64,000 bases of DNA from Candidatus Ozemobacteraceae bacterium (lineage in GTDB: Bacteria > Muiribacteriota > Ozemobacteria > Ozemobacterales > Ozemobacteraceae), in contig OZ223236.1 of assembly GCA_965140445.1 (NCBI GenBank), positions 4,352,001 to 4,416,000 of the forward strand, written 5' to 3'. The position numbers were made by a program, and so were the translations under genes. The notes below the pieces were generated by a model. That model made no database searches. It was given only the letters and a program-made list of their open reading frames with translations, and was not told where the DNA came from. The stretch's first letter is position 1; each line of letters begins with the position of its first letter. Shown here in pieces: positions 38,165-49,300 of the stretch.

Positions 38165-39286
38165 ATGAACGCAACCTCACCTTCGAAGGAATCACAGAAC
38201 TATCACGTCACACTCAAAGTTAAAGTAGAAGCCGAAATGCCAGAAGATGAAGGCGTATACATCACAGGAAATATTCCTGAATTAGGGGATTGGGATCCCG
38301 CTGGTGTTTGCCTGTCTCAAAACGAAAACCATGAATTCGAAATTGATTTTCCAATTTCAAAAGAGCAGATTATTGAATGTAAAATTACTCGCGGCTGTTG
38401 GAAAAGCCAGGGTATCTATGACAAAACAGATGTTCCCCCCAGCAATCTAATTATTAGAGCCAGAAAAGACAGGATAATTCCCATTAGAATTATTGACTGG
38501 CTGGACAAACAGATTATTCACTCTGATCCAATTAAGGGAAGAGTCATTACTCACAGCGACATTCCCTGCCCTGGATTAAAATACCCAAGAGATATTCAGG
38601 TATGGCTTCCTGACAACTACGATAAAACAGACGAACCATTTTCTGTTTTATATATGCACGATGGGCAAAATCTGTTTGAGCCTGCGAATTCTTTTGCAGG
38701 AGTTGATTGGAAAGTAGACGAAACGCTTACAGAACTGCTTGAAGCAGATAAAATTACCAATGTAATTGTAGTCGGAATTCCCAATTCCCCAGACAGGATG
38801 AGAGAATTAAATCTTCTTACCCCAGAAGGCAAAGCTTATGCAAAATATGTGGTTCAAAAGGTAAAACCCTTCATAGATGAACACTACAGAACTCTACCTT
38901 CTGCAGAACATACTTGTATCAGCGGTTCTTCAATGGGCGGCCTGATGTCTTTCCAGATGGCATGCAAATACCCTGAAGTATTCGGCCTTGCTGGTTGTTT
39001 TTCACCTGCCTTCCCAAAAACCTATGGAAAAATTTTCCAACAGGTTAAAAAGCCAGGATATGTTCCTGATCAGGTTAAATTCTATATTGATACCGGCGAA
39101 TTTGAGCCACCGATAGCAGAAACATACTTTCAAATGATGAAAAAATTAAAAGAACTTGGCTTAAAAGAGGGGCACAATCTTCTTGGTTATTACGATGCCG
39201 GCGCAACTCACTGTGAAGCAGCCTGGGCCAAAAGATTTCATATTCCAATGAAATTCCTTTTTGGAAAAAAGGGTAAACGCCTTTAA
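38165..39286 (+). CDS. CBM20-like domain plus alpha/beta-hydrolase esterase
   Basis: VYITGNIPELGDWDP; YMHDGQN; GSSMGG; HCEAAW. Confidence 0.85.
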   Translation: MNATSPSKESQNYHVTLKVKVEAEMPEDEGVYITGNIPELGDWDPAGVCLSQNENHEFEIDFPISKEQIIECKITRGCWKSQGIYDKTDVPPSNLIIRARKDRIIPIRIIDWLDKQIIHSDPIKGRVITHSDIPCPGLKYPRDIQVWLPDNYDKTDEPFSVLYMHDGQNLFEPANSFAGVDWKVDETLTELLEADKITNVIVVGIPNSPDRMRELNLLTPEGKAYAKYVVQKVKPFIDEHYRTLPSAEHTCISGSSMGGLMSFQMACKYPEVFGLAGCFSPAFPKTYGKIFQQVKKPGYVPDQVKFYIDTGEFEPPIAETYFQMMKKLKELGLKEGHNLLGYYDAGATHCEAAWAKRFHIPMKFLFGKKGKRL

Positions 39287-39309
39287 TTCATTCATTAGTT
39301 AAGTAAGAC

Positions 39310-39346
39310 AAAAATCCTGTTTAATAAAAAATTAAACAGGATTTTT
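39310..39346. terminator. Hairpin terminator
   Basis: AAAAATCCTGTTTAAT...ATTAAACAGGATTTTT. Confidence 0.75.
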
Positions 39347-39429
39347 ACTTTTCTTTTGATTTGACATTAATCAATTTACTATTAAATTAATACCATAGAT
39401 AAGATAATAATTTTTTAAGGAGAAACTAA

Positions 39430-40005
39430 ATGAAATCCCTGAAAATATTTTCAGTTTTATTAGTTCTATTTCTTTCGTCGGTAGTTGTATACGGAAGCTG
39501 TGGATCATGCGGGCCAGCTGATTCATGCCCGGATGGTTCCTGTGCAATAGAAGCAAAAGACCATGATCATGACCATGAAGGAAAAACAGAAGCAAAACAT
39601 GATCACAAAAAAGAAAAAGCAGATTGTTCAAGTTGTGAATCTCATAGCGACAAAAAGCCCGCAGTAGAAGAAAAACCTGCCACTATTAATACTCTTGGTT
39701 TAAAAACCCTTATCGACACTGGTGCCGCCTCAATTTTACTGGATGCCCGATCAGGAAAATTTGACGATGGTAAAAGAATACCCGGTGCAAAATCCTTAAA
39801 TGCTGATTCGAAACCTGAAGAAGTATTTAAAGTTCTACCTGATAAAGAAGCTTTGATCGTCACTTACTGCAGCAACTTAAAATGCCCTGCAAGTCACAAG
39901 CTTTATACTCACTTAAAGTCACTTGGTTACAAGAACCTAATTGAGTATCCAGAAGGAATTAAAGGCTGGATTGACGCAGGTTACACAGTTACGAACAGTA
40001 AATAA
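39430..40005 (+). CDS. Exported rhodanese-like protein with Cys/His-rich N-terminus
   Basis: Signal peptide; LLDAR, RIPGA, YCSNLKCPAS and GIKGW motifs. Confidence 0.85.
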   Translation: MKSLKIFSVLLVLFLSSVVVYGSCGSCGPADSCPDGSCAIEAKDHDHDHEGKTEAKHDHKKEKADCSSCESHSDKKPAVEEKPATINTLGLKTLIDTGAASILLDARSGKFDDGKRIPGAKSLNADSKPEEVFKVLPDKEALIVTYCSNLKCPASHKLYTHLKSLGYKNLIEYPEGIKGWIDAGYTVTNSK

Positions 40006-40026
40006 AACATTCTGAAATTAGCGATT

Positions 40027-40053
40027 AAAGGCCACCTTCGGGTGGCCTTTTTT
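40027..40053 (+). terminator. Intrinsic terminator
   Basis: AAAGGCCACC-TTCG-GGTGGCCTTTTTT. Confidence 0.92.
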
Positions 40054-40133
40054 CATTTTACTTAAAAAAATGTGCTTTCAAAACAATCACTTTACGCCTA
40101 TAATAGCCTAATAAAAGACGGCGGAGGTACACT

Positions 40134-42236
40134 TTGAAAAAGCACTTTTATTTAATTCCTTCCATGTGCTTCCTTTTTTTACTCATAGCTTCTCTCAGCT
40201 GTAATGCTGCAGTAATAACGAGAAGTGACGGAATGAGATTAAAAGTAGATGCATTGGGATATGAAAACGACAAATTTTCAGTAAGAATTGGAACTGAAAC
40301 TTCTGAACTTGATAGAAATCAGGTAAAAGATATCAGCTTTTCTGCACGAGATCAAAAAAACGAGCAGCTTTCCACTGATAGCGCAGATCTCTTGCCACTT
40401 CTTGAAGAAGCAAAAGAGCTTTATAAAAAGTATCCTGACAGTGAATCTGTAATTGTTCTGGATGAAGCTAACATTCAATATAGAAGAGATGGCTCAAATC
40501 TCTCCAGAACCAGAATGGTTACTCTTATTACAAAAGAAGAAGCCATGGGAATTGGGCAGGTAAGTCTCTCTTTTGATCCAAACCGCCATAAAATCAGAAT
40601 TTTAAGCGCAAGGTCCCTTTCTCCATCTGGGCATGTGTATTCTATAGATCCCCAACAGATTAAAATTTCAAAAGGTACTTCTGGAAGCGTTTATTTTAAC
40701 CAGTATCAACAGGTCAGCTTCTCAATTCCTCACGTAGAAGTTGGATCTCTTGTGGATTACAGCTATGAAATAGATGAATTTAATCCTTTTGATCCCAAGC
40801 TATTTCAGGGACAATTTTATTTTCAAAGTGATGTGCCAGTAAAAAAATCAATTATTAGAGTAAGTGTTCCGCATGAACAGGAACTTCATTACATCTTTAG
40901 AAATTCAAAGGATGAAAAAAGTGAACCTCAGATAATTGAAGCTGTTGATAACAAAATTTATCAATGGGAATACACTGATATTGAACCAATTATTGGTGAA
41001 CCCTACATGCCTGCTTTCCGTGATGTAGTGCCAGTTTTGTTTTACAGCATTCAAAAAGACTGGGCATATATGCACAATAGACTAAAACCTATGATGGAAA
41101 AACGTTTTCAGCTGACGGATTTTGTAAAAAAGAAAGTCGATGAAATCATTGAAGGCGCAAAGGATTTGAATGAAAAAATCGCCAGACTATATCTGTTTTG
41201 CCAGAAAGAAATTAGATACATTTCAATTAAAGGGAACTTGGCGAGCAATCAGGTTGGCCATCCAGCAGAAGAAACCCTGAGAAATAAGTATGGCGACTGC
41301 ACAGATAAAGGGATGCTTTTATCAACTATGTTAAAGCACATCGGCGTTGAAGCTTATCCAATTGGTATCAGAACAAATCCAAACGGAAAAGTTGTAAGAG
41401 AATTACCAATTTTCGACGACAACCACTGCATCACCGAAGTTCATCTGGACGGTAGAATCTTTTATCTTGATTCAACTGCAACTGATTATCGTTATCCTTA
41501 TTTCAGATCAGACGACCATGATACAAATGCAGATAACATAATGCTCAGAACCCACAATCCTATCCCACTTCCTCCACCAGAAGACAATGCATCAATCAGA
41601 CAATGGAATCTGGAGCTTGAAGCAGATGGGACAACTCACGTGAGTATTGAAAATACAATGAATGGTTCTTTTGAAGCGTCTTCAAGATACGCTGCAAGAA
41701 GCATGAAACCAGAAGAATACGACAAGGCAGTAAGATCAACGATTTCAAGATTAACCGCTGATTATGTTCTGAAAGTGGCAACCCATTCCGATCCCCTTGA
41801 TTTCAGCGGCCCATACGTTACCAAAACATCTTATGCATTGAATAGATTTGCTCCCAAGTCTGGTAAATACATGATATTTTCGATTCCATTTTATGAACTT
41901 GGTTTCCCGGAAGTCAGCTTAAATAAAAGGAACTACGACATTGTTTACACGACTTCGAATCTAAGAAATGAAACTTACACAATTAAGATTCCAGATAATT
42001 TTTCGGTAAAATATCTTCCGCCAGCACTCAGAATACAGACTCCAAATGTTGAATTTGAAGTAATTTACGATCAACAGGGAGACAGCATTAAAATTACAAG
42101 AAAACTTGCCTTTCCAAGAAGAGTAATCCCTGTCTCTGACTATCTGGGCTATAAAGCGGATTTGGAAAAAATAGCAAATTCTTCCAAGGAACGAATTTTT
42201 CTTGAAGAAGTTGCTCAGACTGGAGATACAAAATGA
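40134..42236 (+). CDS. DUF3857 plus transglutaminase-like protein (catalytic triad present)
   Basis: Signal peptide; IRYISI, YGDCTDK, DNHCI and LDST motifs. Confidence 0.85.
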   Translation: MKKHFYLIPSMCFLFLLIASLSCNAAVITRSDGMRLKVDALGYENDKFSVRIGTETSELDRNQVKDISFSARDQKNEQLSTDSADLLPLLEEAKELYKKYPDSESVIVLDEANIQYRRDGSNLSRTRMVTLITKEEAMGIGQVSLSFDPNRHKIRILSARSLSPSGHVYSIDPQQIKISKGTSGSVYFNQYQQVSFSIPHVEVGSLVDYSYEIDEFNPFDPKLFQGQFYFQSDVPVKKSIIRVSVPHEQELHYIFRNSKDEKSEPQIIEAVDNKIYQWEYTDIEPIIGEPYMPAFRDVVPVLFYSIQKDWAYMHNRLKPMMEKRFQLTDFVKKKVDEIIEGAKDLNEKIARLYLFCQKEIRYISIKGNLASNQVGHPAEETLRNKYGDCTDKGMLLSTMLKHIGVEAYPIGIRTNPNGKVVRELPIFDDNHCITEVHLDGRIFYLDSTATDYRYPYFRSDDHDTNADNIMLRTHNPIPLPPPEDNASIRQWNLELEADGTTHVSIENTMNGSFEASSRYAARSMKPEEYDKAVRSTISRLTADYVLKVATHSDPLDFSGPYVTKTSYALNRFAPKSGKYMIFSIPFYELGFPEVSLNKRNYDIVYTTSNLRNETYTIKIPDNFSVKYLPPALRIQTPNVEFEVIYDQQGDSIKITRKLAFPRRVIPVSDYLGYKADLEKIANSSKERIFLEEVAQTGDTK

Positions 42237-44425
42237 AAAAACTAATCATGACCCTGGTTTTAAGCCTCTGTCTTGGAGCTCCAGCCTTCGCAGATGTTAT
42301 CTACTTAAATGAAGGCGAAGAACATATAGGAAAACTTAATACGATTAAAGACGGAACAATAAGTTTCAAAACTCTGGATGGCGATAACAAAAGCTTCTTT
42401 GCAACAGAAACAGCAAACCTTCTTATCTCAAAAATAAGAAAAGGCGATGAGATATCTTCAATTGCCAGCATAACAGATCCTATAGCCATAGAGGTTTTAA
42501 AAAATATTCCAAATCCGGCTCAATTTAAAGATTCGGATTACATCACTCTTCTGGTAAAACGGAACTTTAAATATCTGGATGATGGCAGTGCGCTATATAC
42601 AAGACGAGAATTTATTCAAATTTTGAAAGAGCCTGGTCTGGATATGGCAAACCGATCTCTCTACTATCTTAAAGATAGAGAAAAAACAGAGTTGATTTTT
42701 GCTCATACCTACTCTCCAAGCGGCAAAGTTTATCATGTAACCGATGATGCTGTTTCGGAAGAAAATCTCCTGTCAGCAAATCCTGAATATGCAAGACTCA
42801 AAAAATTAAAGTTTGCTCTAAAAAAAGCAGAACTTGGCTCAATTATTGATCTTTGTTATTCTCAGCACTTGAGTAATATTAATGAAATTCAACCCTTCAC
42901 CATTTCAAAAACTTTTGGTGAAAGAGAGCCTGTTTTGAAGGAAACTTTAACTGTATCCTACCCTGAAAAACGAAATATTCAGATAGCAAAATTTCAGTGG
43001 CCTGACAAAAATGCTCCAGTTCAAACAGAAAAGATTGAAAACGGAAGAAAGATCATTGAGTGGTCTTACTCAGATCCGGAGGGATTTATTCCAGAGCAGA
43101 ATATGCTTTCCACATCCCAGATTTTCCCACGAGTTTATCTTTACGATGCTTACAAATGGGAAAACATCGCTGGCAAACTGATACAAGCCTACAATGAATC
43201 AGCGCCAGACAAAGAATTGCTGGATAAATTCATAGAAAACGCAAAACTCAGTGCTGATGATACTGATTTTGAAAAAATCTGCAAAATCTATGAAACAGTA
43301 AATAGAGAAATTAGAGGTGTTGGCATTGGAATAAGCAGCATGGGAAGCTATAAACCAGTTAGTGCCAACATTACCTTAAAAAAGAAATACGCCAACCGAC
43401 ATGCAAAAACAGCCCTCTTCTATTACGCCCTAAAATCACTTGGAATAAAATGTGAATTTGGCTTTTGTGCTGGAAAGCGCGAAAAAGCTGCCACAATGGC
43501 AATTTCTGATATCTCAATGTTTGATGAGCCAATCGTAAAAGTCATTCTAGGACAACAGGCGTTTTATACAGATCTCGGGTCTCTTTACAGACCATTTGGC
43601 TCGCTTTCCACCTCTTTGCAAGGTGGAGGAACTGTTTTTGTAGATGAAACAAATAAGAATATCAAATTTGAAACTCTTCCAGTTTTAACCAATGATTGGA
43701 ACAGATTCGATCGAAATATTTTTGTTCAAATTCTCGACGACGGTTCAATGGATGTAAAAGAAACCATTACTTACCGCGGGCCATTTGAAACTGGATTGCG
43801 CCAGCTTAGATCTTCCAAGGACAAGGAAAAGCAAAATTACGCTCAAAGAAGAATTAAAGGTGTTCACCCAAGCGCAGTTTTGAAAAGTTTTGGCTTGTCA
43901 AACCTTGATAGTTTGCAAGCTCCCGCGGTTATGACCCTTTATTACAACATCCCGGATGCCGCTCAAAAAGCCTCTGATCTGATAATGACCTTTACAAATC
44001 TATGGGTGAATTATCAGTCCTCTTCGGCCAGCCTTCAAAAACGAAAATTCCCCATGCAATATTGGGCAACAGAAGAAAACAATCAAACTATAATTTTTGA
44101 GCTTCCAAAAAACTTTAAATGGGTGAAATGGGACAAGCAATATAGCTTTGAATCTGCTGGATTAAGCTTTCTATCGACAATGCATCAGGACGGAAACCTG
44201 TTAATCTATGCCGATCGCTTTATCGCAAGAGAAGACGAATTCAAAACCGGAAAAGAATACGGAAATTATAGAAAATGCCTTCTTACTATGAGTGAGTTAG
44301 CCAATCAAATTATAATTATTGAAAAGGCTAAACCAGAAGAACCTGAAAAGGTTGAAAAAATCGCAACAGATCAAGACAAAAATGCATCGGATACGATCGA
44401 TGCAAAAACAGAATCTCACGAATAA
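42233..44425 (+). CDS. DUF3857/transglutaminase-like paralog, apparently inactive
   Basis: Same architecture (ELGSIID, EQNM, IIFELP); YANRHAK in place of YGDCTDK; ATGA overlap. Confidence 0.75.
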   Translation: MKKLIMTLVLSLCLGAPAFADVIYLNEGEEHIGKLNTIKDGTISFKTLDGDNKSFFATETANLLISKIRKGDEISSIASITDPIAIEVLKNIPNPAQFKDSDYITLLVKRNFKYLDDGSALYTRREFIQILKEPGLDMANRSLYYLKDREKTELIFAHTYSPSGKVYHVTDDAVSEENLLSANPEYARLKKLKFALKKAELGSIIDLCYSQHLSNINEIQPFTISKTFGEREPVLKETLTVSYPEKRNIQIAKFQWPDKNAPVQTEKIENGRKIIEWSYSDPEGFIPEQNMLSTSQIFPRVYLYDAYKWENIAGKLIQAYNESAPDKELLDKFIENAKLSADDTDFEKICKIYETVNREIRGVGIGISSMGSYKPVSANITLKKKYANRHAKTALFYYALKSLGIKCEFGFCAGKREKAATMAISDISMFDEPIVKVILGQQAFYTDLGSLYRPFGSLSTSLQGGGTVFVDETNKNIKFETLPVLTNDWNRFDRNIFVQILDDGSMDVKETITYRGPFETGLRQLRSSKDKEKQNYAQRRIKGVHPSAVLKSFGLSNLDSLQAPAVMTLYYNIPDAAQKASDLIMTFTNLWVNYQSSSASLQKRKFPMQYWATEENNQTIIFELPKNFKWVKWDKQYSFESAGLSFLSTMHQDGNLLIYADRFIAREDEFKTGKEYGNYRKCLLTMSELANQIIIIEKAKPEEPEKVEKIATDQDKNASDTIDAKTESHE

Positions 44426-44492
44426 TAAGCCTTGATTAAATAAGCTAACAATACAGGCAGAGAGACCACTCTCTGCCTGTATTCCTAAAAGG

Positions 44493-46286
44493 ATGAATCA
44501 AATTCAGAAAAATTTTAGCGAATTTCTAACATGGTTTTGGCCAGCGTTTTTCGTTGCCATAGTTCCATTTTTGTATTTTTTTGACGAGCTTTTCGCTTCT
44601 CTTGCATTAGAACTTTCTGTATTTTCTTTTTTACTGATATTTGTTTTTTCCAAACCCGAGAAAATAAGCCCCAAAAGCCTGGCAGCAGCATTTCTGTCTT
44701 TTACATACCTTTATCTTGCTGCCAGATCTGTTGTTACTTCTGCGGACCCATCCGTTTCCCTTCCGACAGCCGTTAAACTATTTGCCATCTTTGCTTCTGG
44801 CCTAATTTTCTTTGCATATTCACGAAAAAACGGCTTCATCCATAAAACTTTATATGTTTCAGTAACTGCAAGCCTTTTACATACATATATCTGCATTGCA
44901 GAATATATTGAAGCCCCCCCCATACCTTCAACCTGGATTGATCCGGGCATGAAAGACCTTATAAGAACAAGATGTGCCGGGATCTTTACCGACCCAAATA
45001 TTTTTGGAGCATTCTTAACTGTTCTTTTCTTTTTAAATCTTGGCGCAATAGTAAATTTTTCTTCCAACAAATACCGTTTCTGGAGTTCGATTGCAGCAAT
45101 TGGTACGGGCGTATCTTTATTAATGACTCTAAGTCGAGGGTCCTGGGCTGGTGCGGGCGCTGGCCTGTTTGTATTTTTAATCGCCAGCCTAAAGTCTGAA
45201 AAAGTAAGGGCTTCCTGGAAACCACTTGGAATTGTTTTCCTAATTCTTGCAGCCATTTTCCTCATTGGCCCTTTTAAATACAGATTTGCCAGCATGACAA
45301 ACATGTCTGACATGACGATTTCCCAAAGAAGCCTCATAAATAAAGCCTTTATAAAGTCATACAGCAAAATTCCCATTACCGGGTTTGGACTCCACACATT
45401 TAATCAAATTTACCCCAGATTTAGAATTGTCGGCGGCGACTACCCGATGAATGCTCACAATGAACTTCTGCATAGTTTTCTTGAAACGGGCCCGCTAAGT
45501 GCACTAATACTGTTTTTTCTGACGCTAATGACTTTTACTGCTGTTCCCGGTCAAGTTACCCCTGAAAACAGAGTTACAAAAGCAATTTTCTCGGCAATCT
45601 TCACTTCATTGGTGGTCCATAATCTAACCGGATTTTCTTCAAAAATTCTTCCGGTCGCAGTTTTTCTTCCGATTTCTGCCGCCATTATTTTTGGACTCTT
45701 TGAGAATCAGAGCAAAAGACACCTGAACATTGCCAAGCTCCAGAATAAAATGAAACTCCCGGCAAGCATCCTTTTATTGTTAGGGATTTTTATTGCATAC
45801 AACATCTACCAAAATCAAATAGCTATTTTGAATGCTAACACCCTTTTTGCGGCGGGAAAACTCCAACAGGCCCTGCAGATAGCTAAAAGTAATCAGCCTC
45901 CGATTTACCAGTCGCCTTTACAGGAATTGCTTATAAGCGAAATACAGCAGAAACTTGGAGATACCGAAAAGGCAAGAGTCGCCATTTCCAAAGCTATTGA
46001 GCTAAATCCTTCGGAAGCACAATACTATATTCTAAAAGCTGAAAGATTCCCCAGCCAGTCATTTTCTCAAAAATGTAGTCTTTATGAAAAAGCCATTAAA
46101 TTAGACCCCGCATCAGAGATTTTTAGACTTAAATTCGCACAGTTTTTAGCAAAAAACGGTGAAATAGAAAAAGCATTAACACAACTAAAAACAGGTTTGA
46201 GCTTTTCTCCCGGCTACCATAAAGTGTACACAAACTATCTGCAGTTAGAGGATTTCCAAAAGAAATTAATTGAGCAGAAAAAATAG
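44493..46286 (+). CDS. O-antigen ligase (Wzy_C) family protein with C-terminal TPRs
   Basis: Many TMs; FTDPNIFG, TLSRGSW, TGFG and NAHNELLH motifs. Confidence 0.85.
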   Translation: MNQIQKNFSEFLTWFWPAFFVAIVPFLYFFDELFASLALELSVFSFLLIFVFSKPEKISPKSLAAAFLSFTYLYLAARSVVTSADPSVSLPTAVKLFAIFASGLIFFAYSRKNGFIHKTLYVSVTASLLHTYICIAEYIEAPPIPSTWIDPGMKDLIRTRCAGIFTDPNIFGAFLTVLFFLNLGAIVNFSSNKYRFWSSIAAIGTGVSLLMTLSRGSWAGAGAGLFVFLIASLKSEKVRASWKPLGIVFLILAAIFLIGPFKYRFASMTNMSDMTISQRSLINKAFIKSYSKIPITGFGLHTFNQIYPRFRIVGGDYPMNAHNELLHSFLETGPLSALILFFLTLMTFTAVPGQVTPENRVTKAIFSAIFTSLVVHNLTGFSSKILPVAVFLPISAAIIFGLFENQSKRHLNIAKLQNKMKLPASILLLLGIFIAYNIYQNQIAILNANTLFAAGKLQQALQIAKSNQPPIYQSPLQELLISEIQQKLGDTEKARVAISKAIELNPSEAQYYILKAERFPSQSFSQKCSLYEKAIKLDPASEIFRLKFAQFLAKNGEIEKALTQLKTGLSFSPGYHKVYTNYLQLEDFQKKLIEQKK

Positions 46287-46352
46287 TCTGATTCAGAAAA
46301 ATTATTGTTTTTTTCATTTTTCTGAAAAGTTGTGCCGATAATTAACTGAATC

Positions 46353-49300
46353 ATGACTAGAAAAGCCATATACATAATAATAGCGCTTTTAATTTGGTTG
46401 CCAGGCAAATCCATGGCAGCTATGGATTTCATTTTTGAAGAATCCCTCGCAAAATCGATGGATAGAGCTGAAAAGCTTTACCAAAAGGGCGAATGGGATG
46501 AAGTCATGCGCATCAGCAGGGGAGTATTAAAAGATGCTCCAAAAAGCCACCCTTCAAAACAACGTGCCCAGGATCTTATCGTACTGTCTCTCGATGGCAA
46601 AAACAAAGAGTTAATACGTAAACAAAACATTCAAAAATTGAAAAAAAATAAGTCCACGGCAAAAACTCTGGTGGATGAAGGCAATAAACTTCTCATAGAG
46701 AAAAAATATGAATCAGCCGCTGGAAAATTTAGTAGAGCAGTAAGATATGAATCCGGAGATTCTCAATCCTACTATCTACTTGGATATGCATTGAAAAAAT
46801 CTGGCAATAAGAAAGGTGCATATAACGCATTTAAAAAGTGTTTATCACTTAATAAAAACCATTCGAGGGCTCTTTTCCATTTAACTGGCTTAAGTTATGA
46901 ATTTAAAAAGAATCGTGAAGCAGAAATTCTATCCAAAAAGCTTATCTTCACGATCGAAAAGAGACTTGAGGAACTAAAAGAAATTTTCTTCGCTCAAAAA
47001 GAACAACAACTAAATGACAAAGCCATTGAGACCACTAGAAAAATGGCTTCTCTCAAACAAAATCTTGCTCAGGCAACCTATATGCATGGAGTGCTTACCG
47101 AAAAAAGGAAGGACTACAAAGCTGCGCTTGAATCCTTCCGCAAAGCATCGCAGCTAAATTCAGCTTCCGCTGATGTTTGGTATCACCTGGGAAAGGTCCT
47201 GTTGAACCTGAATATTTATCATCAGGCAACATTAGCCCTTGAACAATCTGCATTCATAAAAGAGTCCAGATTAAAGGAATTGCGAGATAAAGCAACTCAG
47301 CTATTGGATTCAGGTAAAGACGACCAAGCCGTTGCCGCTGAATTAGAAACAAGAAAAATTAAAGCAGAAATAGCCAAATCATACTACGCATTGGCCGTTG
47401 CAAATGGAAAACGCAAAGAAACCGGAACAGCTATTGAAAATATAAATAAAGCAATAGAACTGGACCCAGAACTAAGCAGCGCAAGATATGTTAAAGCTGT
47501 TTTCCTGGCTGAAAAGAATAGATTTGAAGAAGCTTTGATTGAAATGCGTAAAGTTTTGAAAAATGCTCCTCCAAAAAGTGTTCAAGCCAAAAAAGCCATA
47601 AAAACAATGACTTTCTTGATGGACATGATTGCCAGAAAAAACAATCCAGTAGAATTTGCCAAGATTGAAAAGAAGTCTAAAACAGTTGAAGTAAACTCTT
47701 ATGTTAAAGACATGCCTGGACTTGGCGGAAAGAAAAAAGAAGTTGAATGGGAAGAAATTTTCCCACAAATGAAAGAAATTCAGGAACTTGTAACGATGGC
47801 CAATTACCCAGAAGCCATCCGCCGTTTGATTTATTTAAGAACCAAGCATCCAAATATCGCTGAAATTCATGCAATTCTCGGGAACTGCTACAGTATTCAG
47901 GGCAGATACGAAGATGCTGAACTTTGTTTTGAAAATGCTATTGAAATTCAGCCTTCTCACGCTGAAAGCCTTGCTAACCTTGCTTATGTGTATGCTACAC
48001 TGGGCAAGAAGCTTAATAAAGCACAAGAAATGGCAGAAAAAGCACTTAAAGCCGATGGCTTAAGAGCAGAATTTCATCATACTCTTGGCTGGGTTTTATT
48101 TAAAACCGGAGAAGTAAAAAAAGCGATGCTTTCATTTAGCAAAGCTGTAGAAATAAAGCCTGACTATATCCTTGCCAGATACAACCTTGGCCTATCCCAT
48201 TACATTCTAAGGGAATATAAAAGCGCTTTAGATTCATTTGATTTTGTTTTAGCAAAGAATCCTTCTCACCAGAAAGCTTTATTATTTAAAGCCATCAGTC
48301 AGGCAAAAACCAATGAAGCTGAAAAAGCTCTTCAAACCTTAGAATACCTTGGCGACAAACTACCAGAAAAATCTACCTTAGCAAAAGTAGTAAGTGATCT
48401 GCATTCTAAGCTTAAACTTGCTCACGAAAGGCATGCCAAGCTTCCTATTCCCGAAATACAATCTCCTGCTCCAATCGAGAAATTGATGGCCGAAGCAGCC
48501 GCATATCGTCGGGATGGTCTTGTAACAAAAGCAAAAGAAAAATATCTGGAATGCCAGAGGCTAGCTCCAGAAAGATTTGAACCATATTACGAATTGGGTG
48601 AAATGTATGCTAAAGCTGGCTTAAACACCCCAGCAGTGTCCACATGGCAGAAAGCAATTGCCATGAATCCAAACAACTATGAACTTCAGCTGAACCTTGG
48701 AAAGATGCTCCATAAACTTGGAAAAGTTGATAAAGCCAGAGAATGTTTTGTCAAAGCTCAAGCACTTGGCGAAAAAGAAGCAGAGCCAAAATACTATTTG
48801 GGTTTATTAGCCTATGAAGATAAGAAATTTGAATCAGCAGAAAGCCATGCTCTTGGAGCTCTGAGACTAAAACCAAGATTCTTTAAGTCTATGGCTCTTC
48901 TGGGAATGGCACGAATTCGACTTGGCAGATTAAAACCTGCCAGAGATATCTATGAAACCCTTTATGCAAAAGCGCCAAACAATTCTTCCATAAAACAACA
49001 TGCCAGAACCAAAATTTGGGAAATCACCAAAATGATGGCTCCTGCTCAGTTCCCTTCAATTGAGGACGCAATGGACGTAAAAGAAACTATTGTAAAACGA
49101 GTTTCCGGGGAAAAGGATAACAAGAAATTTGTTCCTCAACCTTCAGATGAGAAATCATTCAAAGAATACGGGAAAAACACCATGACTGTAGATGACAAGT
49201 TGTGGGTACTCAGGCAAATGGAAAAATTCTCCTCAATATCAACTCCAAGCCCTGTTGCACCACTAAGAAAAACTATTACAGCTGAAACACTTACCAGTAA

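Noticed and set aside
44711..45397. 228-aa antisense ORF (and other short shadow ORFs)
   Set aside because: It lies fully antisense to a well-supported gene and is a typical shadow frame.
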